Notes: a model not told the origin generated them from the letters alone. Positions 17,176-26,690 are shown, counted from the first letter of the stretch. The stretch: 32,595 nucleotides of DNA from an uncultured Gammaproteobacteria bacterium (GCA_964386875.1 CAYLUK010000005.1:1-32595), one strand, 5' to 3'. Made by a program: numbers and translations.

Positions 17176-17493
17176 ATGAGTGAAATTACTTTTTTCGATT
17201 CAAATTTTGAGGTTGAAGTATTAAAAAGCGATCAGCCGGTTTTAGTGGACTTTTTTGCCACTTGGTGCGGGCCATGCAAGATGCAAGAGCCGATTATTGC
17301 CGAGCTCGCCAAAGAAGTGGGTGACAAGTTCAAAGTTGGTGTTTTGGATATTGATCAGAATCCTGACATGACCCAAAAATATAATGTTATGTCAGTGCCA
17401 ACGATTATAATTTTCAAAGGTGGCCAGCCAATTCATATTATGACTGGCGTCCAAACCAAAAGTGAGTTGCTAGAAAAGTTAAATAGGGTATAA
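17176..17493 (+). CDS. trxA: thioredoxin
   Basis: PVLVDFFATWCGPC and SVPT cis-Pro motif; 105 aa. Confidence 0.97.
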   Translation: MSEITFFDSNFEVEVLKSDQPVLVDFFATWCGPCKMQEPIIAELAKEVGDKFKVGVLDIDQNPDMTQKYNVMSVPTIIIFKGGQPIHIMTGVQTKSELLEKLNRV

Positions 17494-17504
17494 AATATAA
17501 ACAT

Positions 17505-18506
17505 ATATCTAATAGTAGTTTAAAATATGACTTAGTGATTGTTGGCGCCGGTCCAGCTGGACTGACAGCTGGTATTTATGCTGCTCGGCGAAAGCTGAAA
17601 ACTTTAGTCGTTAGTATGGATGTCGGCGGTCAAGCATCACTGACTAATGAAGTAGAAAATTATCCAGGATTTGATTTTACCACCGGCTTTGATTTGATGA
17701 ATAAGTTTAAGGGTCAAGCTGAAAAGTGGGGCGTTGAGTTTTTAATCAACGAAGTGGAGAAAATAGAAAAGAAGGGGTCATTATTTATCGTCAAAACCAA
17801 CAATCAACAGTACACTGCCCAAGCAGTACTTTTGGCTTTTGGTTTGTCACCACGAAAACTTGGCGTGAAGGGAGAAAATAAATTCAAGGGTAGAGGAGTA
17901 TCTTATTGTGCCACGTGTGATGGTCCATTATTTAAAAATAAAATCGTTGGCGTCGTTGGTGGTGGTAATTCTGGTTTTGAAACTTCCGAGTATATGTCAA
18001 AAATTGCCAAGGAAGTTTACTTGATTCATATTAGTGATGAGTTTACGGCCGTGCCGTATCTTATTGACCGAGTAAAAAAAATAAAAAATATAAAATTTTA
18101 TTGTTGTTCCGCAGTCAAAGAAATAAAAGGTCAGAAATTAGTAAGTTCGGTTGTGCTATCCAATGTCAAAGACATGGGGCAAATCGAAGAGTTGAAGCTT
18201 GATGGTGTATTTGTCGAGATTGGTTATGAAGCCAAGACCCAGTGGCTCAAAGGATTAGTGAAGTTGAACCGAGAGGGTGAGATTAAGATTGGTCGCGACT
18301 GTGAAACTTCTTTACTAGGCGTGTTCGCCGCTGGAGATTGTTCTGACATCTCTTATAAGCAGATTGTGATATCAGCCGGTGAGGGTGCTAAGGCCGCACT
18401 TCAGGTGTACAAATATATTGTTCAACATAACAGAAAGAATGCAGGCCTTGATTGGGGCAAGTGTGAACTAGTCGGCACGACCAAGACCAAAAAATTCAAA
18501 GTATAA
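17505..18506 (+). CDS. trxB: thioredoxin reductase-like flavoprotein 1 (start uncertain: ATA 17505 or GTG 17535)
   Basis: YDLVIVGAGPAG, ENYPG, GVSYCATCDG, GGGNSG, FAAGD. Confidence 0.88.
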   Translation: MSNSSLKYDLVIVGAGPAGLTAGIYAARRKLKTLVVSMDVGGQASLTNEVENYPGFDFTTGFDLMNKFKGQAEKWGVEFLINEVEKIEKKGSLFIVKTNNQQYTAQAVLLAFGLSPRKLGVKGENKFKGRGVSYCATCDGPLFKNKIVGVVGGGNSGFETSEYMSKIAKEVYLIHISDEFTAVPYLIDRVKKIKNIKFYCCSAVKEIKGQKLVSSVVLSNVKDMGQIEELKLDGVFVEIGYEAKTQWLKGLVKLNREGEIKIGRDCETSLLGVFAAGDCSDISYKQIVISAGEGAKAALQVYKYIVQHNRKNAGLDWGKCELVGTTKTKKFKV

Positions 18507-18722
18507 TTTATATTTCATATAAAAAAATGTTGCTAACTGGCAATATTTTTGTTTCTTCAGAATATTTTAAAAATCTCCCACCTTGTATTAAGGGGAGCGC
18601 GAAGTGATTGGTAGAAGCAATCCAATTCCAGTTTAAAAAACCGGAGCGAGAGAGTGTTGATGAAAGCGACCCCCGGAAACTTTCAGCGTTACCCAGGAAC
18701 AGTTGGAGGTGGTTTAAGATTT

Positions 18723-19658
18723 TTACCCCTTTAATTGCAGGTATTTAAAGATACTCTCGGCCGCAATCGCCCCTTCACTACAGGCTGTTATAATTTGCCG
18801 AAAGTTATTAGATCCAGTGGTCACATCGCCGGCCGCCCAAATTTTCTCTATGCTTGTTGCTTGATCAGGACTGATGATAATGTATTTTTTCTCATCAAGT
18901 TTGATGCCAAGCTTGTCATAGATGACTGTTTTTGGCACTGATCCGATCTCAATGAACATTCCGTCAACGTCCAAAGTTGAACAATTATTGTGTTCATTAT
19001 CTAAAGTAATTTTTTGAAGTTTAGTGTCGCCATCCACACCAACCACATTAGTGTTGTAAATAATTTCTATATTAGAATTATTTTTGGCTTCTTCAATCCA
19101 GACTGGTTCACCACGTAGTTGGTCTTTTCTATATATTAAATACACTTTTTGTGCAAAACTTGCCAAATGCAACGCCGCTGTGATGGCACTGTTTGATCCG
19201 CCGATGACGGCGACGGTTTTATTTTTAAATAATGGACCATCACACGTGGCGCAATATGAAATTCCTCGGCCAAAGAACTGGCTTTCATTATCAATGTCAA
19301 GGCGTCGTCTTTCTGTCCCACTAGCAATAAGCAAAGTTTTAGTAAAAAAAGTTTTTTCTAACTTAGTTTTTATGGTGAAACTTCCATTTTCGTTTTCAAT
19401 GTCAATTATCTCATCCATCACTATCTCGCCGCCCGCATGCAGAGCGCAATCCTTTATTTTTTCCATTAGTTCAAAGCCGGAAATATCTTTTTCTGATGGA
19501 TAATTACAAATTTTGTGAGCATCAGTGGCTAACCCGCCGATTGATTTACCGATTATAACATGATCAAGTTTATATCTGGAAGCGTAGATAGAGGCGGTCA
19601 GTCCAGCCGGACCAGCGCCCAAAATGACTAGGTCATATATTTTATTATCAGTTTTCAT
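18723..19658 (-). CDS. trxB: thioredoxin reductase-like flavoprotein 2
   Basis: YDLVILGAGPAG, GISYCATCDG, GGSNSA, YRKDQLR, WAAGD. Confidence 0.9.
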   Translation of the reverse strand: MKTDNKIYDLVILGAGPAGLTASIYASRYKLDHVIIGKSIGGLATDAHKICNYPSEKDISGFELMEKIKDCALHAGGEIVMDEIIDIENENGSFTIKTKLEKTFFTKTLLIASGTERRRLDIDNESQFFGRGISYCATCDGPLFKNKTVAVIGGSNSAITAALHLASFAQKVYLIYRKDQLRGEPVWIEEAKNNSNIEIIYNTNVVGVDGDTKLQKITLDNEHNNCSTLDVDGMFIEIGSVPKTVIYDKLGIKLDEKKYIIISPDQATSIEKIWAAGDVTTGSNNFRQIITACSEGAIAAESIFKYLQLKG

Positions 19659-19725
19659 GGGTGATTATTTTAAGAATTTAATACCATCTCATCATATCAG
19701 ATTTATTCCGACACTTCAAGACTGA

Positions 19726-19754
19726 TTGACTTCTTGCTATGTTTCCATTATAAT
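19726..19754 (+). promoter_or_regulatory. sigma70 promoter
   Basis: TTGACT-17-TATAAT. Confidence 0.7.
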
Positions 19755-19790
19755 AATATCTGTTCATTAGTTAAGGAAAGAGAATATAAT

Positions 19791-20249
19791 ATGTCATTAA
19801 TTCAAAAAATAAAAATCGCATTGTACCTTTTAACTAATAAAAAGTTAAAGCTTAATCCCGATGAGATGGCTTTTCGTCGTGTTTATCAAGATTTACTTGA
19901 ACAGGAGAAAATTAGTGTTGTCTTTCGTCCGGGCAAGCGTGAGTGTGGTGCACTGCGTGGCTATTGCCCCAGACAAGCCGTGACAGCCAGAGTGCTGGAT
20001 AAGATTGGCGCTGACTGGGCCGGACTAGCGCCGCAATTTGATCCTGATTTTTCAAAGTCAATTATTATTGAAGGCGCAGTCGCCAAAAAGATTGGCGAGT
20101 TTCAAGACAATGATTTTGTCGGCGCCAGTCCTGATGTGTCAGATCAAAAATCATTGAAATTTCACCTTGGTCTAGTATATAATATTCCAGTCAGTCAATT
20201 GACTAATGATGACTATGTGACGATTGTGAAATTTTCATACAAAAAATAA
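19791..20249 (+). CDS. hypothetical protein, possibly ASCH/PUA-like fold
   Basis: MAFRRVYQDLL...VVFRPG and C-terminal SLKFHLGLVY...DDYVTIVKF resemble the ASCH pattern. ATG 19791 is preferred because TTG 19734 lies in the promoter. Confidence 0.55.
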   Translation: MSLIQKIKIALYLLTNKKLKLNPDEMAFRRVYQDLLEQEKISVVFRPGKRECGALRGYCPRQAVTARVLDKIGADWAGLAPQFDPDFSKSIIIEGAVAKKIGEFQDNDFVGASPDVSDQKSLKFHLGLVYNIPVSQLTNDDYVTIVKFSYKK

Positions 20250-20266
20250 CCGGAAGGAGAACCACC

Positions 20267-21286
20267 ATGACGATTCACGGGCTAATAAGACAAGGCATAT
20301 TGAGGTACGCTATTAATCCCGAGGGCAATCCAAATCATCTTGAATTTGGTCGTTACACTTTGACTTTGGTTGGCGAGGATTATCCAGCCAAGACGCCAGT
20401 GATGTGGAATACTGTTTATGAAGAACTTGGTCTTGACTATGGGGCGATAATGCTGGTGGCTGATCCAGCTTATTTGAAGCAGATTTTGGCTGTATTTAGA
20501 GACGATTCCAAGTATGCGGGTGGTGGCATCGGCGTCCCGTTTAAGGATAAAGTCATCGGCTATTTAGACGGTTTTATTGATCAAGCCAGAAAGATTGGAG
20601 CAGTCAATATCATTGCCAAGAAAGGGAGAGAGCTTTATGGTCGCAACACCGACGGGCAGGGATTTGTCCGCAGTTTGCAAGCGATGTTTTCGGCCAGAGG
20701 CGAAGATATTAGCGGACGTAAAGCTGTCATCTTGGGTTCGGGCGGGACATGTAATGCTGTGGCTTTTGCTTTAGTGTCGGCTGGCATGAACATTGTTATT
20801 TTGAATAGGACAGTAGAGAAAGCTAAAGCACTATCCGAGAAAATTGTTTTTTGTTTCAAGATTGGATATAATCGACGCGTCAGATATGGTGGCGAAGTGG
20901 AAATAATCCATGAAGTCAGGGACGCCGATGCGGTGATAAATGTGTCCACCAAGGGTTCAGCCGGAGAATTGGAGCAGTATTCGGCTTTGGCGTCAGTCAT
21001 TATGCCGGCGACTGACCAAAATATCGCCCGCAATTTGAGACGAGCTCAAATGGTGTTGGAAGCCATCCCCCAACGGGCCATAATTTGTGATATAGTATTA
21101 AGGAATGGTTTGAGCCCAATGTTGTCTTCCGCCCAAAATGCCGGCTACCAAATTATGGACGGCGTACCGATGGTCATCAACCAAGGCGTAGAAGCATTTT
21201 GTTGGGTTCACCAAGACGAGATTGCCTCAAAAGGCATCAGCTTTAATGACATTGCCAGAGTGATGCGACAAGCTACTGGATTTTAG
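20267..21286 (+). CDS. shikimate dehydrogenase (AroE) family protein, divergent
   Basis: VPFK, GAVN, NTDGQG, ILGSGGT, NRTVEKA, DGVPMVINQG; SD GGAAGGAG. Confidence 0.85.
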   Translation: MTIHGLIRQGILRYAINPEGNPNHLEFGRYTLTLVGEDYPAKTPVMWNTVYEELGLDYGAIMLVADPAYLKQILAVFRDDSKYAGGGIGVPFKDKVIGYLDGFIDQARKIGAVNIIAKKGRELYGRNTDGQGFVRSLQAMFSARGEDISGRKAVILGSGGTCNAVAFALVSAGMNIVILNRTVEKAKALSEKIVFCFKIGYNRRVRYGGEVEIIHEVRDADAVINVSTKGSAGELEQYSALASVIMPATDQNIARNLRRAQMVLEAIPQRAIICDIVLRNGLSPMLSSAQNAGYQIMDGVPMVINQGVEAFCWVHQDEIASKGISFNDIARVMRQATGF

Positions 21287-21312
21287 ACCCTTAACATTAA
21301 GGGTCTTTTTTA
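21285..21312 (+). terminator. intrinsic terminator
   Basis: AGACCCTTAA-CA-TTAAGGGTCT-TTTTT. Confidence 0.75.
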
Positions 21313-21361
21313 TTTCTACCACCACTACTTTAAATTTGATTATTATTCTGTTATAATAAAT

Positions 21362-21403
21362 TCACCAATTACTAATTACTAGTTACGAGTTACTGATTAC
21401 TAA
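21362..21403 (+). repeat. imperfect heptamer tandem array
   Basis: TCACCAA TTACTAA TTACTAG TTACGAG TTACTGA TTACTAA, ending 14 nt before the ATG. Confidence 0.75.
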
Positions 21404-21417
21404 ATTATTAAAAAAAT

Positions 21418-21963
21418 ATGTCTACCCTCGGTGGAAACGAATTAATTAATGTTGACATTTTTGATAAAGTTGGCATTGAAGCTGGAATGCATGTTGCTGA
21501 TTTGGGTTGTGGAAATTTAGCTTATTTTTCGTTCCCAATCGCCAAATTAGTCGGTGATGATGGCGTGGTCTATGCGGTTGATATCCTTAAATCCGTTCTT
21601 GAAGCGGTTGACAACAAGATCAAGCAAGTAGGAGCAGAAAATATCAAAACCATTTGGTCAAATCTTGAGATAATCGGCGCGACCAAGATTCCTGACGAAA
21701 ATCTAGACGTTGCCTTTTTGGTCAATGTTTTGTTTCAATCAGAAAAAGATGACATTATAATTAAGGAGGCCTATCGCTTGCTCAAGCCGCAAGGCAAACT
21801 ACTCATTATTGACTGGCTTAGCACGAGCACACCTTTTGGTCCGCCGATTAAAGATCGGCCGAAAAAAGAAGTGCTCAAAAAATATGCTCAAGATTCCGGC
21901 TTACAATTAATTGAGGAGTTTGAAGCTGGTCCTTATCACTTTGGTTTAATTTTTATAAAATAA
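21418..21963 (+). CDS. class I SAM-dependent methyltransferase
   Basis: VADLGCG, VYAVDI, LLKPQGKLLIIDW. Confidence 0.9.
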   Translation: MSTLGGNELINVDIFDKVGIEAGMHVADLGCGNLAYFSFPIAKLVGDDGVVYAVDILKSVLEAVDNKIKQVGAENIKTIWSNLEIIGATKIPDENLDVAFLVNVLFQSEKDDIIIKEAYRLLKPQGKLLIIDWLSTSTPFGPPIKDRPKKEVLKKYAQDSGLQLIEEFEAGPYHFGLIFIK

Positions 21964-21976
21964 TTTTTAATGCTTT

Positions 21977-22396
21977 ATGGACTTACCACTTAACCTAATA
22001 AATTTTTTCCGGCCAAGTCGGCTTTTTAGTTTACGACCAGCCATTGACATCAACACGATTTATTTTTTATTGGCAATATTTGCGATTATGGTTATTATTG
22101 CTATTCTTATTAAATTTTTTCAGAAGCTTAAAAAGCCAGAAAGACTAATCGGCGATCTCTACGGCAAATATTTTTCTTTTCTGCTGATTTTTGGATTGCT
22201 CGGCGTACTCATGATATGGTTTCGCTATGAGCGGGTTTATATTTTGTCGGCTCGGTTTTGGCTATTGGTGTGGGGAATCAGTGCTTTGATTTATCTTTAT
22301 TTTATCCTGCGTTACCAATTCAAGATTATTCCACGTGCCAAAAAGAATTTGGAACAGAAAAAGCTTTTCAATAAATATTTACCGAAGAAGAGATAA
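21977..22396 (+). CDS. three-TM hypothetical membrane protein
   Basis: Three hydrophobic helices, FRYERVYILSARFW, C-terminal KYLPKKR. Confidence 0.8.
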   Translation: MDLPLNLINFFRPSRLFSLRPAIDINTIYFLLAIFAIMVIIAILIKFFQKLKKPERLIGDLYGKYFSFLLIFGLLGVLMIWFRYERVYILSARFWLLVWGISALIYLYFILRYQFKIIPRAKKNLEQKKLFNKYLPKKR

Positions 22397-22398
22397 AA

Positions 22399-22426
22399 TA
22401 GCATATAGCTTATGGCGTGTAGCTTA
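22399..22426 (+). repeat. imperfect heptamer tandem array filling the spacer before yraN
   Basis: TAGCATA TAGCTTA TGGCGTG TAGCTTA; the last A is the A of the ATG. Confidence 0.65.
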
Positions 22427-22791
22427 TGATTAATGATAATAAAATAAAAACTGGCAAGCTAGGAGAGAAACTGGCCACCAGTTTTTTGGTTCAGAAAGGA
22501 CTCAAGATATTAGATAAGAATTATTATACTCGTTATGGCGAGATAGATCTCATCGCCCAAGACGGTGATCAGATTTTATTTTTTGAAGTCAAGGCGCGGA
22601 CTTCAAGCGAGTATGGCTTTCCTGAAATCGCGGTTGATCAAGAGAAGATTCAACATTTGACCAAGGCGATTAGTATTTATCTTCGGGACAAAAAGATTGA
22701 CAACTTCTGGCGACTAGACATCATCAGCGTAGAACTGGACAAAGATTCTCATCAAGCCCAATTGCGTTGGTTTAAAGATATTACCAGTTGA
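22426..22791 (+). CDS. yraN: YraN/UPF0102 family PD-(D/E)xK nuclease-like protein
   Basis: GKLGEKLA, NYYTRYGEIDLIA, FEVKAR, RLDII. Confidence 0.93.
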   Translation: MINDNKIKTGKLGEKLATSFLVQKGLKILDKNYYTRYGEIDLIAQDGDQILFFEVKARTSSEYGFPEIAVDQEKIQHLTKAISIYLRDKKIDNFWRLDIISVELDKDSHQAQLRWFKDITS

Positions 22792-22920
22792 TCCTGTGGT
22801 GAAAATTTGATTTTTAATGATTTTAGAAGTTATATTTTGATAAGTCATCAAATTTTGAGGAAATTTTATGAGTAAATAATAGTCGCCTATAGCGACTGGT
22901 CAAATTTATACTACACAGAG

Positions 22921-22949
22921 TTGACATCCTAATTTTTATATGATATAAT
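22921..22949 (+). promoter_or_regulatory. consensus sigma70 promoter of nusA
   Basis: TTGACA-17-TATAAT with TG extension. Confidence 0.85.
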
Positions 22950-22958
22950 GGTATTAAC

Positions 22959-22987
22959 AATGACAGTATATATACTGTCATTTTTTT
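22959..22987 (+). terminator. terminator-like hairpin in the nusA leader
   Basis: 24-bp perfect palindrome AATGACAGTATATATACTGTCATT running into T7. Confidence 0.7.
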
Positions 22988-23040
22988 ACCGCTATTTATT
23001 AATTTTCATTTTATTATTTTTTTAATTTCTTAAAAAATAT

Positions 23041-24453
23041 ATGTCTCAATCACCAATCCAAGCGGCAATCCAACAAATCTGCCAAGAAAAAAGCTTATCC
23101 GAAGAATCTGTCATCCAGACGATTGAAGTGGCGCTCGCCGCTGCCTTTCGTAAGGATTTTGGCAATAAAATGCAAAATATTATTACTAATTTTGACTCCA
23201 AAACTGGCGGAGTCAAAGTTTTTGATGTGAAGACGGTAGTTGAGGATTTACCGGAAGATTATTTTGATGAGTTAGTAGAGGATGACGATGACAAGAAAAA
23301 GTCAGTTATAGCCAAAGCACCGAAAGTAGCTGATAAAGCTTATGTGTCTATCGAGGGTGAGGGTGAAGATGAGGAAGAAGTCAGACGATTTAATCCCAAG
23401 ACAGAAATCCAGCTCAAGGATGCTAAAGAGATTGCTAAGAAGTACAAAGTCGGCGATGAAATCGTCACGCCACTTGAAGTACCGGGTGAATTCGGTCGTA
23501 TGGCCGCCCAGACAGCCAAACAGGTTATTATTCAGAAACTGCGCGAGGAAGAAAGACAAAACATTTATACAGAATATAAAGAGCTTGAACATCAAGTGCT
23601 CAATGCCACAGTCCAACGGTGGGAAGGTAGGAATGTTCTCATTGACTTGGGTCATACCACAGCGATTTTACCGCCCGACGAGCAAGTCAGTCGTGAGCGT
23701 TATAGTATTGGCAACCGAATGAAGTTCTACCTCAAGTCGGTTGAGCAGACTACTCGTGGACCACAGCTGGTTGTTTCTCGTGTTAATAAGGATATTATCA
23801 ACAAGATTTTTGAAATGGAAATTCCCGAGGTAGCGAGTGGTGTGATCACCATTAAGTCGGTCGCCCGCGAAGCCGGCAATCGGTCAAAGGTAGCGATTTT
23901 CAGTGATGATGACAATATTGATCCGATTGGATCATGTGTGGGTCAGCGTGGAGCACGGATTCAGACAATTATCAATGAGCTAAATGGTGAGAAGGTTGAT
24001 ATTATATTGTGGAATGAAGATTCGATTAAATTTATTACTAATGCGATGTCACCGGCCAAAGTGATATCAGTCAAGTTCAAAGATGCTAAGGATGAAAGCG
24101 TGGAAAAATCAGCCGTGGTGACAGTCAAAGAAGACCAGTTGTCCCTGGCAATTGGTAAAGCTGGTCAGAATGTCCGACTAGCGTCCAAGCTAACTGGCTG
24201 GAAGTTGGATATAATTTCTGATGCGGTAAAAATTAGTGATAAAAAAGAAAAGATAGTGGAAGAATTAACTGACGATAAAGACAATGGTGATAATGAAAAA
24301 GCAGAGGGTGGTGAGAAGATCGACGACAAAGAGAAAACGGCAAAGAAAAAGACAATCAAACAGAAAGACCAAGAGTCTGAAGAGGTAGACGGCGATAAAA
24401 AAGAGAATAAAGATAAGAAAAAACAGGAAGAAACGGAAAAACCAGTAGAATAA
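23041..24453 (+). CDS. nusA: transcription termination/antitermination factor NusA
   Basis: FGRMAAQTAKQVIIQK, AREAGNRSK, IDPIGSCVGQRGARI, SLAIGKAGQNVRLASKLTGWK; charged C-terminal tail. Confidence 0.98.
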   Translation: MSQSPIQAAIQQICQEKSLSEESVIQTIEVALAAAFRKDFGNKMQNIITNFDSKTGGVKVFDVKTVVEDLPEDYFDELVEDDDDKKKSVIAKAPKVADKAYVSIEGEGEDEEEVRRFNPKTEIQLKDAKEIAKKYKVGDEIVTPLEVPGEFGRMAAQTAKQVIIQKLREEERQNIYTEYKELEHQVLNATVQRWEGRNVLIDLGHTTAILPPDEQVSRERYSIGNRMKFYLKSVEQTTRGPQLVVSRVNKDIINKIFEMEIPEVASGVITIKSVAREAGNRSKVAIFSDDDNIDPIGSCVGQRGARIQTIINELNGEKVDIILWNEDSIKFITNAMSPAKVISVKFKDAKDESVEKSAVVTVKEDQLSLAIGKAGQNVRLASKLTGWKLDIISDAVKISDKKEKIVEELTDDKDNGDNEKAEGGEKIDDKEKTAKKKTIKQKDQESEEVDGDKKENKDKKKQEETEKPVE

Positions 24454-24461
24454 ATATTTAT

Positions 24462-24495
24462 AGCAAAAAGTCCCGCAGTCGCGGGACTTTTTGCT
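24462..24495 (+). terminator. intrinsic terminator
   Basis: AGCAAAAAGTCCCGC-AGTC-GCGGGACTTTTTGCT. Confidence 0.8.
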
Positions 24496-24560
24496 TGGCT
24501 GGCTTGATTTTATGTGGGTAATAATTTAAAATAAAAAATATTATTAATAATTTTAAACTT

Positions 24561-26528
24561 ATGTTGATCCCACTTATCGCTATTTTATCAGCTTTGATTG
24601 GCTTGGCCTTTGCCGGCTGGTTGTTTTGGCAGTTATCAAATAAAAAAGTAGATGACAGCCGCGCCCAGACCATTGCTTCATATATTCAAAGCGGGTCCAT
24701 GACTTATCTAATGAAAGAATATCAGGTTTTGGGAATTTTTGTAATTTTACTGGCCATTATTATTTTGATTGTTCCGGCCATGTCTTGGAAGCTGGCGATC
24801 GCTTTTGTCATTGGCTCGGTCTTATCAGCTCTGGCCGGTTTTATCGGCATGAAGGTTGCGACCATAGCAAATGTCAGAACGGCCGAGGGCTGTCAGCAGG
24901 ATTTGACTACTGGATTGAAAATCGCTTTTTCATCCGGATTAGTCATGGGGTTGTCAGTGGTGGGACTGGGACTTCTGGGAATAACAATTTTATATTTGAT
25001 ATTTAAGGATCCACAAATTATCTATGGCTTTGGTTTTGGTGCGTCACTCGTCGCGCTCTTTGCCCGAGTTGGCGGTGGTATTTTCACCAAGGCGGCTGAT
25101 GTTGGCGCTGATTTGGTCGGTAAGGTAGAAGCCGGTATCCCCGAAGATGATCCGAGAAACCCAGCGACGATTGCTGACAATGTCGGTGATAATGTCGGTG
25201 ATGTAGCTGGTATGGGAGCAGACCTATTTGAAAGTTATGTTGATAGCATCATCGCAGCGATGGTTTTAGGGGTGGTGTTTTTGCCGATTTTTGGCTCGGA
25301 AGTAGTGGTGTTGCCATTACTATTAGCTGGTATTGGCATTATCTCTGCCATTATTGGCAATGTGGTTATAAATTTTTTAAAAACCAAGCCACACACTACG
25401 CTTAATTTGGGTATTTGGTCATCAGCGTTAGTAATGGTGATTGCATCATTTGTCGTCATCTGGCAAATAGTAGGAGATCTAAGTATTTTCTGGGCAATGC
25501 TGTCTGGACTCATTGCTGGAATTGTGATTGGACTGGTGACAGAGTATTATACTTCTGACAAGAATAAGCCGACCCAGAATGTTGCTCGGGCGTCACAAAC
25601 CGGATCGGCGACGACGATTATTTCCGGACTTGCATTGGGTATGATGAGCACTGTTGTACCAGTCATCGCTGTAGCAATTGCGATATATGTTTCACATCGC
25701 TTAGCCGGGCTTTATGGCATTGCGATTTCTGCCGTCGGTATGTTGTCAACGCTCGGCATTACGCTGGCGACTGATTCTTACGGGCCAGTGGCTGACAATG
25801 CCGCCGGCATTGCCCAAATGGCTGGCATGGGATCGGAAACTAGAGAACGAGCCGAAGCGCTTGATGCTGTTGGTAATACGACAGCTGCTGTTGGTAAGGG
25901 CTTTGCGATTGGTAGCGCCGCTTTGACTGCCTTGGTACTTCTAGTGTCATTTGGTCAAGCCGTCAAACTTGATGTTATCAATCTAATAAATCCGGATACA
26001 ATCATTGGTCTTTTCATCGGCGGGGTGTTGCCTTTTGTGTTTGCAGCGCTGTCAATGAAAGCGGTCGGCCGTGCCGCTGGTCAGATGGTGGAAGAAGTCA
26101 GACGACAGTTTCGGGAAATTTCAGGGCTCTTGGCTGGGGAGACCGAGCCGGATTACAAAAAATGTATTAATATTTCGACCAGCGCGGCTTTGCGTCAAAT
26201 GATTTTACCTGGGTTACTTGCTGTTGTGGTGCCAGTGATTGTGGGTTTATGGCTGGGGCCGGCAAGCCTAGCAGGGCTCTTGGCCGGGGCGATTGTCACC
26301 GGGTTTTTACTGGCGGTGTTTATGGCCAATGCCGGTGGCGCTTGGGACAATGCCAAAAAATACATTGAAGCTGATAATCTTGGTGGCAAGGGCAGTGATG
26401 CTCACAAAGCAGCTGTGGTCGGTGATACAATCGGCGATCCCTTCAAAGATACGGCTGGACCAGCCTTAAATATTTTAATCAAGCTGATGGCGATTGTTTC
26501 TATTATTATCGCGCCACTGCTTTTCTGA
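24561..26528 (+). CDS. hppA: membrane-bound pyrophosphatase, K+-dependent type, probably Na+-translocating
   Basis: [61 protein letters not shown] has Ala rather than Lys, the K+-dependence signature. Confidence 0.96.
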   Translation: MLIPLIAILSALIGLAFAGWLFWQLSNKKVDDSRAQTIASYIQSGSMTYLMKEYQVLGIFVILLAIIILIVPAMSWKLAIAFVIGSVLSALAGFIGMKVATIANVRTAEGCQQDLTTGLKIAFSSGLVMGLSVVGLGLLGITILYLIFKDPQIIYGFGFGASLVALFARVGGGIFTKAADVGADLVGKVEAGIPEDDPRNPATIADNVGDNVGDVAGMGADLFESYVDSIIAAMVLGVVFLPIFGSEVVVLPLLLAGIGIISAIIGNVVINFLKTKPHTTLNLGIWSSALVMVIASFVVIWQIVGDLSIFWAMLSGLIAGIVIGLVTEYYTSDKNKPTQNVARASQTGSATTIISGLALGMMSTVVPVIAVAIAIYVSHRLAGLYGIAISAVGMLSTLGITLATDSYGPVADNAAGIAQMAGMGSETRERAEALDAVGNTTAAVGKGFAIGSAALTALVLLVSFGQAVKLDVINLINPDTIIGLFIGGVLPFVFAALSMKAVGRAAGQMVEEVRRQFREISGLLAGETEPDYKKCINISTSAALRQMILPGLLAVVVPVIVGLWLGPASLAGLLAGAIVTGFLLAVFMANAGGAWDNAKKYIEADNLGGKGSDAHKAAVVGDTIGDPFKDTAGPALNILIKLMAIVSIIIAPLLF

Positions 26529-26545
26529 TAAAAACTTTTTATAAC

Positions 26546-26586
26546 TGTTATTGCAAGGAGCAACCAGCGGGAGCGACGCGGCAATT
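26546..26586 (+). repeat. REP-like dispersed repeat, copy 2
   Basis: 37/41 identical to 6800-6840; all four differences are transitions. Confidence 0.75.
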
Positions 26587-26605
26587 TCGCAGAAAACACA
26601 CAGTA

Positions 26606-26634
26606 TAAAAAAACGGATTTCTTCCGTTTTTTAT
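26606..26634. terminator. likely bidirectional terminator
   Basis: AAAAAAACGGA-TTTCT-TCCGTTTTTT. Confidence 0.7.
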
Positions 26635-26690
26635 ATTTATTAATATTGAAAATATTTGGCTAAAATTCAATAATATATTGCCAATAACTA

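Noticed and set aside
18640-18705. Glycine riboswitch (GAGAG...AAACTTTCAG...AGGA)
   Set aside because: It lacks the CCGAAG and CAGG core and lies between two gene 3' ends.
22962-22979. LexA box in the nusA leader
   Set aside because: The arrangement is CAG-N8-CTG, not CTG-N10-CAG; a terminator hairpin explains it better.
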